DNA of 63,080 nt, counting the filler, from Cercozoa sp. M6MM (taxonomy: Eukaryota > Protista > Endomyxa: Ascetosporea): assembly GCA_040357565.1 (NCBI GenBank). It is 10 parts of 10 records of this genome, joined end to end, with 100 filler letters (N's around TTAATTAATTAA, not from the genome) between each part and the next. Parts side by side here need not be neighbours in the genome. Positions count along the whole stretch, not along the records: positions 23,550 to 33,303 come from JBDODJ010000465.1; positions 33,404 to 39,520 come from JBDODJ010000785.1; 8 more parts are not named here. The stretch is one strand, 5' to 3'. Of this stretch, positions 24,191 to 37,153 are shown in pieces (the stretch's first letter is position 1; every line of letters begins with the position of its first letter). The notes below the pieces were generated by a model. It ran no database searches, was not told the DNA's origin, and worked only from the letters and a program-made list of their open reading frames with translations. The position numbers were made by a program, and so were the translations under genes.

Positions 24191-26463
24191 ATGATGTTGC
24201 TTCGTCGCGCCAGATTACGCCTGGCACGGCACCTGTCTGCCGAGGTGGCGATGGCGACGAGTGTCTCCGACGAGACACTGCCGGTGCAGAGAAAACGGGC
24301 AGCGGCGAAACCATTCGAGTCGTTCCAGTCGCTGGAGGCCGAGTCGGCCGAGGATGCGTACGGTCATGCGCCGCTGGAGAAACGCGTGGCTCGGGCCATC
24401 CACGCGTCCAACTACGTGGCCAGTTTGTACGACAACGACAACGACCTGTACCGCCTGGCGCTGATGGGCGAGCGACTGCTGCTGTTCTGCGCCGGTCGGA
24501 ACGCAGTGGCACTGCGCGCACTCGGCACGCAGATGCCCTGGTTCGCGCAGGAGAAGCTCTGCATCTCCAAGGTGTGCCAGTTTGCCCCTTTACCCCTCCC
24601 TTTTTCACTCTGTTTACTTCCCCCCTCGACCGTCAGAGCGACTCGCCCAAGTTGGAGGACAACAAGGACAACGAGGACGACAAGGCTGACGAGGTCGACA
24701 TCGACATAGTCAGTTTCCTCGACGAAAACGACGTGTCGGAACTGCGCATGCTGGCAATTCCGGTAGCCTTAACTATTGAGGGTGTCCTCTTTGTTTAGTT
24801 AAGGAAGTGTTGCTTGATAGGGCGTGATGCTGCGGGAGGCCTGGAATGCGCGCAAGCTGGCGCTGTCGGCGGCTGAGTTGGCCGGCGAGCGCTTCTTTGA
24901 CCTCGCTCTGGACGATGGGTATCTCTTACCCCCCAACTTTTATCCCCCTTTACCTCCCTCTTTACTCCCTCTTTACTCCCTCTTTACCCGGTTACCCATC
25001 TTGACCTCTTGTCCCTCTTGTTCCGCCTTTTACCCGGTGTACCGTGCAGTGGCTTGAGCAAGATTCTTGGCGATGAGGTGGACAGTGTGGCACCCGACAA
25101 GGTCATGGCTGTCAACCCTGACACTGCTGGGGTACACTTTTGTCCCCCTTCTGCCCTCCTCTTATCCCCGTTTACTCCCCTCCAGCAAACGGTGAAACTG
25201 GCACACGACGCCGCGTCGAGTGCGGTGCGTGACGCCATTTCTCTGGGCGACTCCTGGGTCGCCTGCATGACTGCGCGGGAGGTATGCTGCCGTCTTACCC
25301 CCTGTCTTGCCCTGTTTAACCCCTGTCTTACTTATCCCCGTCTTCCCCCCTGTCTTGCCCTGTCTTACCCCTAGCCCCCCTGACCCCCTCTTGCCCCTGC
25401 CTTACCCCTTGTCCCTCTGACCCCATAGGTCAGGCAGCGAACGGAGCAGAAATACCAAGAATTGCAGAATACGATGCTGCTGGCTGGCGTGTGTTGCCCC
25501 AGCCTTTTGCCGCCTTGCCTCTTCCCGTTCACTTCCCCGTGTGTGTAGGGCGACAATGCATTCGACTTGTTGTGGCACAATTTTGTGAACTCGTGCACAC
25601 GACTGTTTGTGGAAGGTATGCCCCCCACCTTTACCCCCTGTCCCCCGCTTCTACCCCTTTACCCGTTCTTTATCCCTTTCTTTACACTTCTCTTTGATTC
25701 CCTCTTTGATTCCCGCTTAATCCTAGGAGTGGGACAGCAACAGGTGTCGCCCATGGCGTTTCAGCACCTGCAGCACTACTTGGTACTGCTGACCTGTTGT
25801 ATCCCCCACAGCCTAGTGTTTCACCCTCCCCGCGGACAGCAACTGACAGCGCCGTATGCGCTGATCGCGCAGGAGATGGCGCGACACGCCGATTTTGACG
25901 AAGTCGTCGATTTCTTGGCGGAGCAGGATCCGGCGCTCGAGGTGTCCTACCCTCCCCTCTTTACCCCCTCTATTCCCTCTATACCCTCTCTATCCCCTCT
26001 ATACCCCCTCTATCCCCTCTATACCCCCTCTATACCCCCTCTTTACCCTCTCTTTACCCTGCTTTACCCCTCTGTGCTCTCCTGTTTACCCCTCCCCCCG
26101 GTTTACACCAGGGCCTGCGCAAACTGTTCGAAGGACGGTCGGTGAGACTCGAGTCGCGCGTGCTCGTCTGCATGTATATATATATATATACATATGTGTG
26201 TGTGTATTTGGTAGAGTACATGTGGTGCGTGTGTGAGGGAGAGAGAGTGTGTGTGTGCAGTCCAGAGACCGACCAGATGCAGGAGGAACACGACGACCAA
26301 CTCGACGCAGAGGAAGAGGAAGAGGAGGATGAGGAGGAAGAGGAGGAGGAGGAAGGGGCATCACCACCTACCTCTGTCCATAGAACGGGCTTTCCCTTCC
26401 TCGCGCTCGTCGGTCCCAGGGCGGCCAACTGGTACTGTCTCGCAGGATAGCACTGGGCCAACC

Positions 26464-26534
<71 letters not shown>

Positions 26535-28050
26535 GACACGTGTGTCTCTGCAGGCAGAGTGTGGCACTGTCGACGTTCCTGGAGATGTCGCGACGCTCGC
26601 TGCCGGCCAACTGGACACGTGCGCAGCGCATGCTCGCACTGGTACCCCTGCCTACTGTCTCACTACTGTCTCACTACTGTCTCAGTACGAACTACCTTGT
26701 TGCTGCTCTTGACAGGAACGGCCCACTGTGCGCGCGGAACGGTTGCGAGCTGCCGCACTGGACAGTAACTGCACCCCACCCTGCCCACCCCATACCCTCT
26801 TTATCCTCCCTTTATACCCTCCGGTTGTCAGTTCCGTCGCTGATGGCGGTGCAGGAGCAGATGGCATCGGATGCGCAGATCGTGCTGGTAGTCCTTTGTG
26901 TGTAGACTAGTCTCCCCCCTGACTACCTAGCTTTGTGTGGGCAATGATAGGGCGACGTGCACAAGGTGAAACGATACCTGCCGTCGAGCATGTGGCCTCT
27001 GGCAGCACACAACGCCGAACTGCGCGTGTGGCCACTTCAGTTCGGTCCCTACACGGCGCTCACCTACCTCAAGGACGGTACTTCCTTTGTCTTCAACTGC
27101 ACTGTTGCCCCTTACTCCCTCCTCCCCTGCTGCAGGAGAACTCACTGTCATGTCGATCGAAAAGCGCTCCAAAACGACCAACATGTAATCTTACACTTCC
27201 TCAGCCCCTCCCCTTGGCCCTTTGTATTTCCTTGTGCATACACAGTTTAAGACCGGACTACACGTCGTTGTTGATGTCGAGCATGACCATCTTGGCGCAG
27301 CACACGTTCGCACGACGTATGCGTCGTGTGCCCTGTCAGCCTAACGTACCCTGACCGACCCACCTCACCTACCTACCTGCCTGCCTATCTACCTATCTAC
27401 CTACCTACCTACCTACCTACCTAACCTACCTACCTGCCTGCCTATCTACCTACCTACCTACCTACCGACCTCCCTACCTCCTTACCGACGCACTCCCCCT
27501 TATGTGTGTATGCTGGGCAGTACTACACGCTGCAGCGACGCAGCACGCCACTGAAGCAGGCGATCCAGCAGACAGCCATGGCGCTGGAGGCGGCGTCGGA
27601 GGAGACGCGAAATGCCGTGCTGCACCTGGCGGCGTGCGAGAGCGGCGACCCCGAGGAAAGCGTCGATCCACGGCAACTTCAGATGGCGCGCGACTTTGCC
27701 GCCTCGGTGCCGCGACTGCAGGCGATGGTGGAACTGCTGCGTCGCCGCGATCCTCTGGCCTTTGACGAGCTGAGCGACCCTCTGGTGTCTGTGCCGCTGT
27801 TTGGCACCGCCGAGCATGTTCTGTGTCTCAAGTGTACACTCCCCTTGTTCTTATCTTCTTCCTCTCCTCTGCGTGTGTCTCTACCGGGTTTGCTGCAGTC
27901 GATCATACCGTCACCACCAAGACTGTCTTTGGCAACTTTGTGCCCGTGTTCAAACGCTCCTCCAACCGCGAGTTGTGCGACGTCTTCATTGCTTCCATGC
28001 TGCGTCTCGCCGCGCGCGATGCCATGGCCTCCATCCTTGGTGCCGAGTAG
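24191..28050 (+). CDS. Large hypothetical protein with a mitochondrial-type presequence (~20 exons)
   Basis: Start MMLLRRARLRLARHLS; chain of GC-rich GT-AG exons ending RDAMASILGAE*; includes an acidic poly-E tract. Function unknown. Confidence 0.6.
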
Positions 28051-28426
28051 AGTTAATTAGCGTCAGTGATACGATAGATCATTCCGATAAGTGAATCTGC
28101 GTTCGGCCGTTAGTATTTTAATTTTATTGACCTCGACAGTGGTCAATCAAACAACAACAGTTGTGGGGTGCGTTAGCGAATCCAGGTGCGTGCCTGCAGT
28201 GCGTCAGACCTTAGGTAGGATTTTAGCTCTGTTCGGCGAGTGTCGTCATTGGCACACTTTTTGGTGGTCCCTGGCCTCTCGGCGGGATTAGGACACTGCA
28301 CCAGCGTGTGTGTATCTGTGCACGATTGTGTGGCTAGCCCAGGTGTGTGTACAATTAGTGTGGTTGTGGGCCGTGTTCGTAGCCGAGACGTGACAGCAGC
28401 GTTTCTCATTAGAGCAACAAGGCAGC

Positions 28427-28883
28427 ATGGCGACCGCGATGCAGGACTACGAGGACGTCGTGGCCGCGGCGCCCGAGGAGTACACCTGGGAAGCATTCAG
28501 CAAAAAGGTACCCCCCCCCCCAGCGAGTCGTTTGGACCCAGTCAGCAGAGGGCGGTATGGATTCGGAGGGTACTGTAGCACTTTGACCTGGGCAACAAGA
28601 AGAACGCCAAGACCGGCGCTGCCAACCTGCGCTCGTGGCAGAGCGAGTCACTCAAGGTTTGTTGTTGCCATGTGTCTGTTGTACCGAGTTGACTGCGTGT
28701 GTGTGCGTGTGTGTGTGTATATGTGCGTGTGTAGGCGCCGCTGTGCCACCTGGCCGAGTCGGTGGACAAGTCGCTCTGCGCGCAGGCCTTCAAGAACATC
28801 ACAGGCTTCATGAACGACCGCAGAAGCAGCAAGCCGCCACTCGGCCATGCGCAGAAGTTCCTGCAGCAAGGTATGTGTGTGTG

Positions 28884-28932
<49 letters not shown>

Positions 28933-30889
28933 GCTGCATGCCCTGTGGGTCGATAGGCATCGGCGCGGAGCACACGCTGCGCGACGAAATGTACGCGCAG
29001 TTGCTCAAGCAGCTCACGAACAATCCCAACGAGCAATCACTAGTGCAGGTAGCTTGCTTGATCCCCTCATATTCCACCTTTACCTTAACCCCCCCCCCCC
29101 CCCCCGAATCGACACACACACACACACGCACACACACAGGGCTGGCGCCTCCTGTGCCTCGGACTGGCGTGCTTCCAGCCGAGCGAGCAGATGTCACCCT
29201 ACGTGTGCTCCTTCTGTCTCAAGGCCGAGAAGGCCGGCACGGCGGCCGCCATGTACGCTGCCTACGCGCGCCATGCCCTGGTACACTAGGTGCTGCTGTA
29301 TGTGTGAGGACTCTGACTATCCTGCTGTGTGTGTGTGCATGTGCATGTGCATGTGTGTAGAACATGCGCGAGAGCAAGTCGAGTCTGCCGTCGGCGCAGT
29401 TCATGGAGAACATCCAGGCGCACGTGACGCTGTTCAACGAGCGGCGGCGCAACCAGCTGCTGGAGGAGCAGCTGCAGGAGGAGCAGCGTGCCAAGGAGAA
29501 GGAGCGCAAGGAGCGCCGGCGACTCAAGAAGAAGATGAAGCAGGAGGAGGACCGACAGAAGGAGAAGGACATGTTCACCAATCCCGATGGCTCGCCGCAG
29601 GTGGCGCCGCTCTCGCGCGCTGCTGCCGCCAAAATCCACCGTCTGGTGGGCTGTTGTTTCACCCCCTACCCATTGGACCCCTTACCCTTACCCTTTCCCC
29701 TTTCCCCTGTCCCCTTACCTCTACCCTTGCCTTACCTCTGTGTTGGTACAGTCTGTGATCAAGAAGGGCCGCGGCGACCAGTTCGCGCCCTTGGTGCAGG
29801 TGGCGGTTCCTGCTGGCGGGTAACCCTCCCTGTGCATGCGAGTACAGTACAATCAGTAGAGTACAAATGGACCTCTGTGTGTGTGTGTGCAGTTCGATTC
29901 GTGACATCCACACGGCCCTGTGCAAGGTGTACCCGATCTTTGAGGAGTTACAGTTCCACTTCCTGCTGCCGAAGGACGAAGATGCTGCGTACACTGTCCT
30001 GCTGTCGCGCGCTTTCATACTCGGCACCCTTAGGGCCCTACTCCTGTTCTTGTGTGCAGGGACAAGCCAGCCGTGGCGCGGGATGACACCGACAGGCAGG
30101 TGCTGGCGGCCGAGGTGGCCAAGAGCATCCCGATTCCGCGCGAGTTGTGGAGTTCCATCTCGGTGCTCAGGTTCCCGAAACGCATCGTCATTGCACAAGG
30201 TAGAAATGCGGCAGCACTCTCACATTGCACAAGATGGAAACATACCCCCTCACCCCTCCCCCGCACAGGTGCCGCGTCGGTGCATGTGGACACGCGAGCG
30301 CTGCGACCGACAGACTACATGAAGTGGTCCAAGGCCGGTACGGCCGCCGGTGTGAGACGCACTCCGGCCGCGCCTGCCTCTGCTGGCAAGCAAGGTGGGT
30401 CCCGAGCCTTCCCCTTTGTTTCACCCTTGCCTACCCCATTGCCTCCCCCTTGCCTACCCCATTGCCTCCCCCTTGCCTCCCTCTTGCCTCCCCCTTGCCT
30501 AGACCGAGGTATCTCAATGTTTACTCAGCGGAACCGCCGTCACCCGGCACGTCAACGTCGGACGCAGCCACCAAGCGAGTCAAGGTACAGGGATGATCCC
30601 CGGGTGACTGTAGGGGACGGGTGTCTCTGTACACATGGTGATGGAAAACGATAGGTGCGAGCCAAGCACGCCTACACGGCGCAGACCGACAACAACATCA
30701 GCTTCGACAAGGACGCCGAGTTCGTCTGTATCAAGCACGAGACCGGTAAGCCCTGGTGGTATGGCCTGCACGACGGCAACAAGGGTACTTTGCAGCCACC
30801 TGCTGTCTTTGCAGCACACTTGCACATTACACACTCGCCTGGCCTGTGTAGGGTGGTTCCCGAGTGCGTACGTGGAGATTGTGCAATGA
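28427..30889 (+). CDS. MyTH4-domain protein with coiled coil and C-terminal SH3 domain
   Basis: MyTH4: AQAFKNITGFMNDR...LRDEMYAQLLKQLTNNPNEQSLVQ|GWRLLCLGLACFQPS. SH3: VRAKHAYTAQTDNNISFDKD...WWYGLHDGNK|GWFPSAYVEIV*. Confidence 0.88.
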
Positions 30890-31310
30890 GAGGCGGCTGC
30901 TTCAGGCTGCTATCGATCAGCCCGCACTGTCAGGACGACCCAGTAAAATTGTCGAAGGTGTCCAAAATCGGCCCGAAATGCGATGGACTTTTGTGTGTGG
31001 TGTGTTTCAGTTACGTTAGACGACTGTTACTGAATGATGCTCAGATAAGCTAATCTAACTAAATTGAAATTCACTTTCTGACAGCGCTAGTACGATTCGA
31101 TGCAAATCCAGCGCATGCTGCGTGTTGGACTCCGAATTTCAAGTAGTCGCAGCATGCCCGGTTGCTCAAGTTGACGGACAGCAACGTTACAATTCGATCG
31201 CAAGACCGTTGCTAGTTCTCGGTGAGCGTCCCGTTGTGCTGGCGTATTGTTTGTGGCCGAGAGATTAGAGAGAGACGCGAAGAGCAAGGAGTGGCAGGTA
31301 ACAAGGTCAC

Positions 31311-33303
31311 ATGCCGGCGGTGAACGGTGTGCGCGTCGAGTGCGGCTTCCGCGCGGAGGCAGATGCGGCAGCCTGCCACGCCAGCGTGTCGCTGCTGGAC
31401 GTGCCGTTCAGCACAAGGACATTGAATGCGGACGGCGTGCAGGTGCCGTCGAGTGCGCACAGACGCGTGCGAGGCGTGTCGTGCGTCCGGTCGGACCGCG
31501 TGCGTCTGCTGGCCGACGACTTCACGGCGTTGCAGACCATCCGCAGTGCGGCGCCGCTGGTGGCAGCGCGGCTCAGCGAGCACGGACTGCTGGCGCTGCT
31601 GGACACGGCGCGCAGCCTGACGGTGTGGCAGGCGTGCTGGCTGCAGGAGAAACGCACGGCACGTGGCGCCGAGGCCGAGGCCAGTCGCAGCAGTGTGCGA
31701 CTGCAGTGGCGGCCGTGCGCACGTGTCACAGTGGCCGAGTCGGACCAGGCCAGGTGTCTGGCCTGGGCAGGGCACACTCTGGTGGTGGGCGGTGCCACAC
31801 TGTCGCTGTACCAGGTGCCGCACCTCGTGCTAGCCAACAACGGCGTGGAAGTGTCGCGCGTGGGCACACTCACCCTGGTGCACTGTCAGCGCGTGAGACG
31901 TGCCTTTGCCGCCTTCTGCTCGGTCAGCATGCTGGGCGACTGCATCGTGCTGGCGGCGTCGCACCGAGACACGGAGTGCCCGGCCTCGCTGTGGTTCGTG
32001 CAGCACCGCGACCTGCTGGCCGCCGAGCTGCGGCATGCTGATCGTGCCTCGCCCTTCCTGCGCTTCCTCCGACGCGCTCAGCAGGAGCAACGACTCTCGG
32101 TGCTGGTATCTCCACCCCCTGCCTTACCTTTATGCCTATCCCTCTGTGCCTATCCCTCTGTGCCTATCCATCCTCTATCCCTACCTCCTACCCTACCCTA
32201 TCACTGTCCCTACCCCCCCCCAGGCCAACGTGCCCTACACGGCGTTCCATCTGCCGATTCCGTGTCGAGGCCAGGTGCAGCAGATGCGTTTGTTCCCACT
32301 GCCTGTGCAGGTATACCTTCCCCCTTTGCCCGCCCACCCTTGCCCCCTGCCCCCACCTCTACCCCACCCCCTACCTTTACCCCTACCCCTTGCCCCCCGG
32401 GGGTGACTGCAGAACATCCTGGTGGCGGTGCAAGAGAGCGGCGTGGTTCGCATCTTCCGCGTGATGCCGCGCGTGCGCGCGCAGCGTTTCCTGAGCGTGT
32501 CCGCGCGGAAGCGCGTGCTGACGCCGGAGCTGACGGCGAGCGAGTGCGACGGCATCGAGAGCGACGACGTCGATCGCGCCGACTGTGTCATCGACTTTGA
32601 CAGCGACGGTGACAGTGATCGGGACGGTGATCGGGACGGTGATCGGGACGGTGATCGGATCAATGATCGGGACGGTGATCGCGACGGTGATCGGGACAGC
32701 AGGCGGAGCGACACCGAGGGCGAGCAGCCTGCTGCCTCGCTGCTGGAGACCGACGGCGTCGTGAGTGCCGCCTGCGGGGCACAGGTCGTGATCGAGGTGG
32801 CTACACTGCGCTCCATCGATTCGCTGCGCTCGCTCAATGGCTTCCTGTGGCTGCGTCCGCGCACTTTCCCGGTACAGTCCCTGTGCCTGTCCCTGTGCCT
32901 GTCCCTGTCCATGTCCCTGTGCCTGTCCCTGTCCCTGTCCTAGCCTACTCCCCACTCTGCAGGAGAACGAAGCGCCGCTGCGAAATCTGCATCGTGCGCA
33001 GCTTTTCATTTCCACTTTCGACTCTGCTGGTAGCTTGGAGTTGAGTTGCTTTGAGTTGCTTTGAGTTGAGTTGCTTTGAGTTGAGTTGCTTTGCTTTGCT
33101 CGGAGTTGAGTTGAGTTGAGTTGAGTTGAGTTGCTTTGAGTTGAGTTGAGTTGAGTTGCTTTGAGTTGAGTTGAGTTGAGTTGAGTTGAGTTGAGTTGGT
33201 TGAGTTGAGTTGTGTGCACGTGGCCAGGCGACGTGCTAACGTGGTCGCTGCGCCGCATCCTGTGCGGCCGTCGCACGCGCGCCGAAGTGACGCTGCTGCA
33301 CCG
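31311..33303 (+). CDS. Hypothetical WD40/beta-propeller-like protein (3' partial; possibly DMXL/Rav1-like)
   Basis: Long GC-rich first exon with beta-rich motifs ARCLAW...LVVGGATLSLY, ILVAVQESGVVRIFRV, GDVLTWSL. The family call is tentative. Confidence 0.45.
33040..33210. repeat. (GAGTT)n/(GCTTT) pentamer satellite, intronic
   Basis: Visible tandem array between GT and AG splice sites of the upstream gene. Confidence 0.9.
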
Positions 33304-33441
33304 NNNNNNNNNNNNNNNNNNNNNNNNNNNNNNNNNNNNNNNNNNNNTTAATTAATTAANNNNNNNNNNNNNNNNNNNNNNNNNNNNNNNNNNNNNNNNN
33401 NNNGTGTGTGTGTGTAACCTGCAAGTTTAGTTTTTAAACAG

Positions 33442-34680
33442 GACATCGACTCGTTGCGCAGCATGCTTTCGTCACTGCCAGTGTATTCCCTGTACTGTCA
33501 GCTCTCTTTGCAATCTTTGTCTGTCCCTTTAGAAAGAGCGCTGTCGCCGATGTCGGTGGTGGCAGTGCGCGTGTGTCGAGCACACTCTTGTGTCGAATGT
33601 TCCAGCACGTATTCTACTCATATCGATGCAAATGGAGGTCAGATGGTTTACTGTAGATCGAGGTTGTTGACGTGTCCCGACGACAGCTGCGCACTGCACG
33701 CCGACGACTACTGGCTCGCGGTGGAAACGAGTTGCATCCGTACCTGGCTTTTAGAATCGCATTTTACAATCTGAGTATGTATATGTCGTGGGCGTCCAGG
33801 GTTGACCTTGGGTTGGATGTTGAAGAAGAGGCCCTGGATCTTATGTTGGACAACGGCAGTTCAAATGGCACAGGCACAATAAATGCTTTCACGTTTTCGC
33901 TTTGTGTACTCTCGTTTTAATCGCCCATGTTGCCTGCTGATGTGCTGGTGTATGCAGCATTCCGGTGCGCAAGACTGGCAACCCACGCGTTCATTTGATC
34001 TCGTCTTGTTGCAGTGGTGAGTGCAGATTTTTGCCGAAAGGGAGTCACTTTAGAGCTCTTCGATTGTGCAGGATGGCGCAGCACTTGATTGACGAAGATT
34101 TTGTAAACCCCGCTTTCACACCTCCATATTGCATTTTTGTTGACTGAATGTCTGTAGGTCCGACTTCTGGAGAGAGCGGTGCCTTTGTTGTGTGTTTCCA
34201 CTGCCCATTGGAAACAAAATGAAGTTTTTGAATCACAGAGAGACGCACTCACCGAGAACGGAACTGTTTTGGTCAAAGACAACCACACTCGACTTGGAGA
34301 ACATTTGCCGGCTTTTATCGTCGACCTGGTACAGTAATTAACTTACAGTCGGTTCAAACCGGCCTGTGAAGTTTATGTGCACAAGCTTGTTGTCAAATAA
34401 TTCAGAGAGATCATTCGGTCACGAGATCGAAGGGTAATGACACAGAGGTTTTGAGCTGCTTTGCGTATATCCGTTTTTGTAAAATGTGGGTAGCGCACTA
34501 CGAACGCTTATTCACACAAGCAAATCTCCAAATCGTGAGGTAGATGCAACCAAAAAACGAATTTTCTGAATTCTTTTGATGTTTTCTCCCCGTGAACGTA
34601 GTCAAACGCCGGAATTGGGCATGCCTTGCCATTTTTTCCCGGTGACTGCTTGGATCCTGGCCCCCGCAAAAACTGCTTGA
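33442..34680 (+). CDS. Alpha-N-terminal protein methyltransferase NTMT1/Tae1-like (5' partial)
   Basis: Spliced VADVGGGSARVSSTLLCRMFQH|IEVVD; AQDWQPTRSFDLVLLQW|MAQHLIDEDF; ALTENGTVLVKDN; DHSVTRS; FFPVTAWILAP*. These follow the NTMT1 motif order (DCGAGIGR, YDVIWIQW..GHL, VIKDN, DSSVTRS, LFPVxMFAL). Confidence 0.85.
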
Positions 34681-34822
34681 TATTGCCTCGAACTCTTTAC
34701 ATACCACTAGGTTAACTTAATTATTACACTTGGACTGACTTGGGCACGAAAAAGCTTACTAACTCCCCCCAAAAGTTAACAGCCAACTTCCCTTTATTCA
34801 ATTTGGAGCGCCGATCAGTCTC

Positions 34823-36187
34823 ATGAGTCACTCACGGCGCGCCAAACAGGCAGCGAGTGGCACGTCTGGCATTAGGACAAGAATGGGCAGCACCGAGGCG
34901 GCTCTTAAGAGCTTGGGTACGCTTGATGTTTCTGTCACCATTTTCCTCATCGATCAACATTGATGTTTTTCATTCTTGTGGGCGCTTTGCGCACACAGTG
35001 GAGCGAAAGGCGGCGCAAGGCAGAACCACCGCCAGAACGATTGCGCAAGTACCGCATTATGCTTGTCACGGTGACTGGTGGTAGTTTGTTCCTTTAGGGT
35101 GGTGGTGCTGCCGTCAGAAGAGCGCGTCTTGCCGCGAAAATCCAGGTAAGCTTTGTCAGTGTGCTGTGTCGGGCTGTCTTTTGTACTGATATGCTTGGTA
35201 GGCGAAAAAAGCAGCAGTCCCCAAGTTCCGCGAAGTTTCGGCTGCCGAGGTGCGAACCACCCGAAGTGTTGTGTGACTGCATCAGCATTACGCTTATACC
35301 TGAACAGGACGAGGAAGCGTCGCAGCAGCGAAGTTTGCCGATCCCGCAGCACCGGTTTTCTGCTTTGAAAAAACACTGGTTGTCGCTGTTTGAGACATGC
35401 GTCCAGCAGCTCCTCGTGCAGGTGCTAGTTGACCTTTCTGCAAAAGCATGTCTGTGAATTTCTGTAACCCCCGTAGGTGCGCGTTGATCCGAAAAAGAAG
35501 CTTGTAGAGTTCCGAACGAGGTATTTCCTTCTCTGTGTCTGCACGGATGGGTTTGTATTTCTACCGGTCTAAAAATGTTGCAGTGAGCACACCAAGGACC
35601 GCAATGCCGTGAACCGTGCTCACGATTTTGTTCGCGCTTTCTTGCTCGGCTTCGAGCTGCGCGATGCCATGGCAATGGTGCGACTGGAGGGTTTGTTCTC
35701 ATCTGCACAAGTTGTCTGTACACATTTGTGTTCATGTATCTGTATCTGTGTCTCTATACTTTGTCTGTGCATGTAGACATGCGTTTGGATTCGTTTGAGG
35801 TGACAGACGTCAAGTTGCTGCAAGGTGATCACCTATCCCGTGCCATTGGTCGAATCGCAGGTCAAGGTGGAAAAACCAAGTTTGCAATGTAGCTTTCACC
35901 CTTTGATTGTTTCTGCTCATTTTTGTTCACGCAAGTGTGCGTGTACGTTTCATCGCAGTGAAAACGCCACACGCACGCGCATTGTGTTGCAAGAGCAGAA
36001 GGTGCACATTCTTGGAAGTGTGAGCAATGTCAAGATCGCGCGCGATGCAGTGTGCCGCCTTATCATCGGTTCGTTTGCCTCTAAATCGCATAATTTGTTT
36101 GTTTATCGCACACTTGCAGGTGCCCCACCTGGCAAGGTCTACTCGCAGATGCGCATGGTTGCTTCCAAGATGAAGCACCGGTACTAA
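34823..36187 (+). CDS. PNO1: Pre-rRNA processing KH-domain protein PNO1/Dim2
   Basis: [14 protein letters not shown]; [24 protein letters not shown]; [32 protein letters not shown]; [10 protein letters not shown]; [12 protein letters not shown]. Confidence 0.96.
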
Positions 36188-36377
36188 ACGAGACTTGATG
36201 CGGCTTTGGCCGCTGGTTGCGCTGCACTCACTCAATTTTTCGCCCGCGCCCGCGTCGTGCCGATGCGCAGGCTGCCGTACCGTACCACGCCAACGCAATA
36301 CTAAACGAAATTAATCCTCGCTGAATCCTAATCGCCACCCATCCGATCCGTGTCGATCGGTTTTTCTGTTCCCTTAC

Positions 36378-36751
36378 TGTTACGGTATGGAAACCAGTAA
36401 CACGACTAACGTAAATAAAGGAAGAAAAACGTCAGTTAGAATGGCGTCGATGGATGCGGAGGATTCGAAGACATACCCTTGTACGGTAAGTTTAGAAAAG
36501 GTCGTCGAAAGCCCGAACGCTTGTTGATGGCAATCGAAAAACAAAACAGCCCAGGCACTATCACGGCAGAACGTATCAAGTGCGAAGGGACAAGAGCTCC
36601 GTAGAAGGAAACTGAAGAAGATACCTGCAGTCAAAGTGCGCGAGCTCTAGAAAGCTTGACCCAAGCTAGGAAGTCAGGTCTGCACAACACTTGACAATGC
36701 AAGGTAGAAGCCTCAGGATGTAATGCAGGGGATCCCTAGCAAAACAAATCC
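36378..36751 (+). mobile_element. LTR-like element, copy 2 (3' truncated)
   Basis: Starts TGTTACGGTATGGAAACCAGTAAC and is collinear with copy 1 up to ...CTAGCAAAACAAATCC. Confidence 0.8.
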
Positions 36752-37153
36752 ATATCGCCTTAAAAAATGTAATAACATCCATCCCACTGGCAGGGAAAAG
36801 AAAGCGCACAACACCTGCAACGATACAGCACCGAGATGTCGTATAATTTAGGTACCAATGACACTGGCATTGCACTGCCGTGTCGGGCCGTCGCGTCACG
36901 TCAGACGTGTACGGCCGAGTCTGAGTGCCTGTACTCAATAGTAAGCTCCCAAGTTTCCACGCTGAGTTTTCAACAAACTCTGATTAGTTCAGTTTGGAGC
37001 TGACAGAGCGACGGGTCAGCGGCACCCAGGAAACATGACCAAAATTGACGTTTCTATGAAAGGAGATATGAGACTGTAACTATGTACAAGCAGGAAACAA
37101 TTGCACAAGCTCTCGCGCAAGGCACAAGAGAGATGGCCTACATTTTTGAGTCA

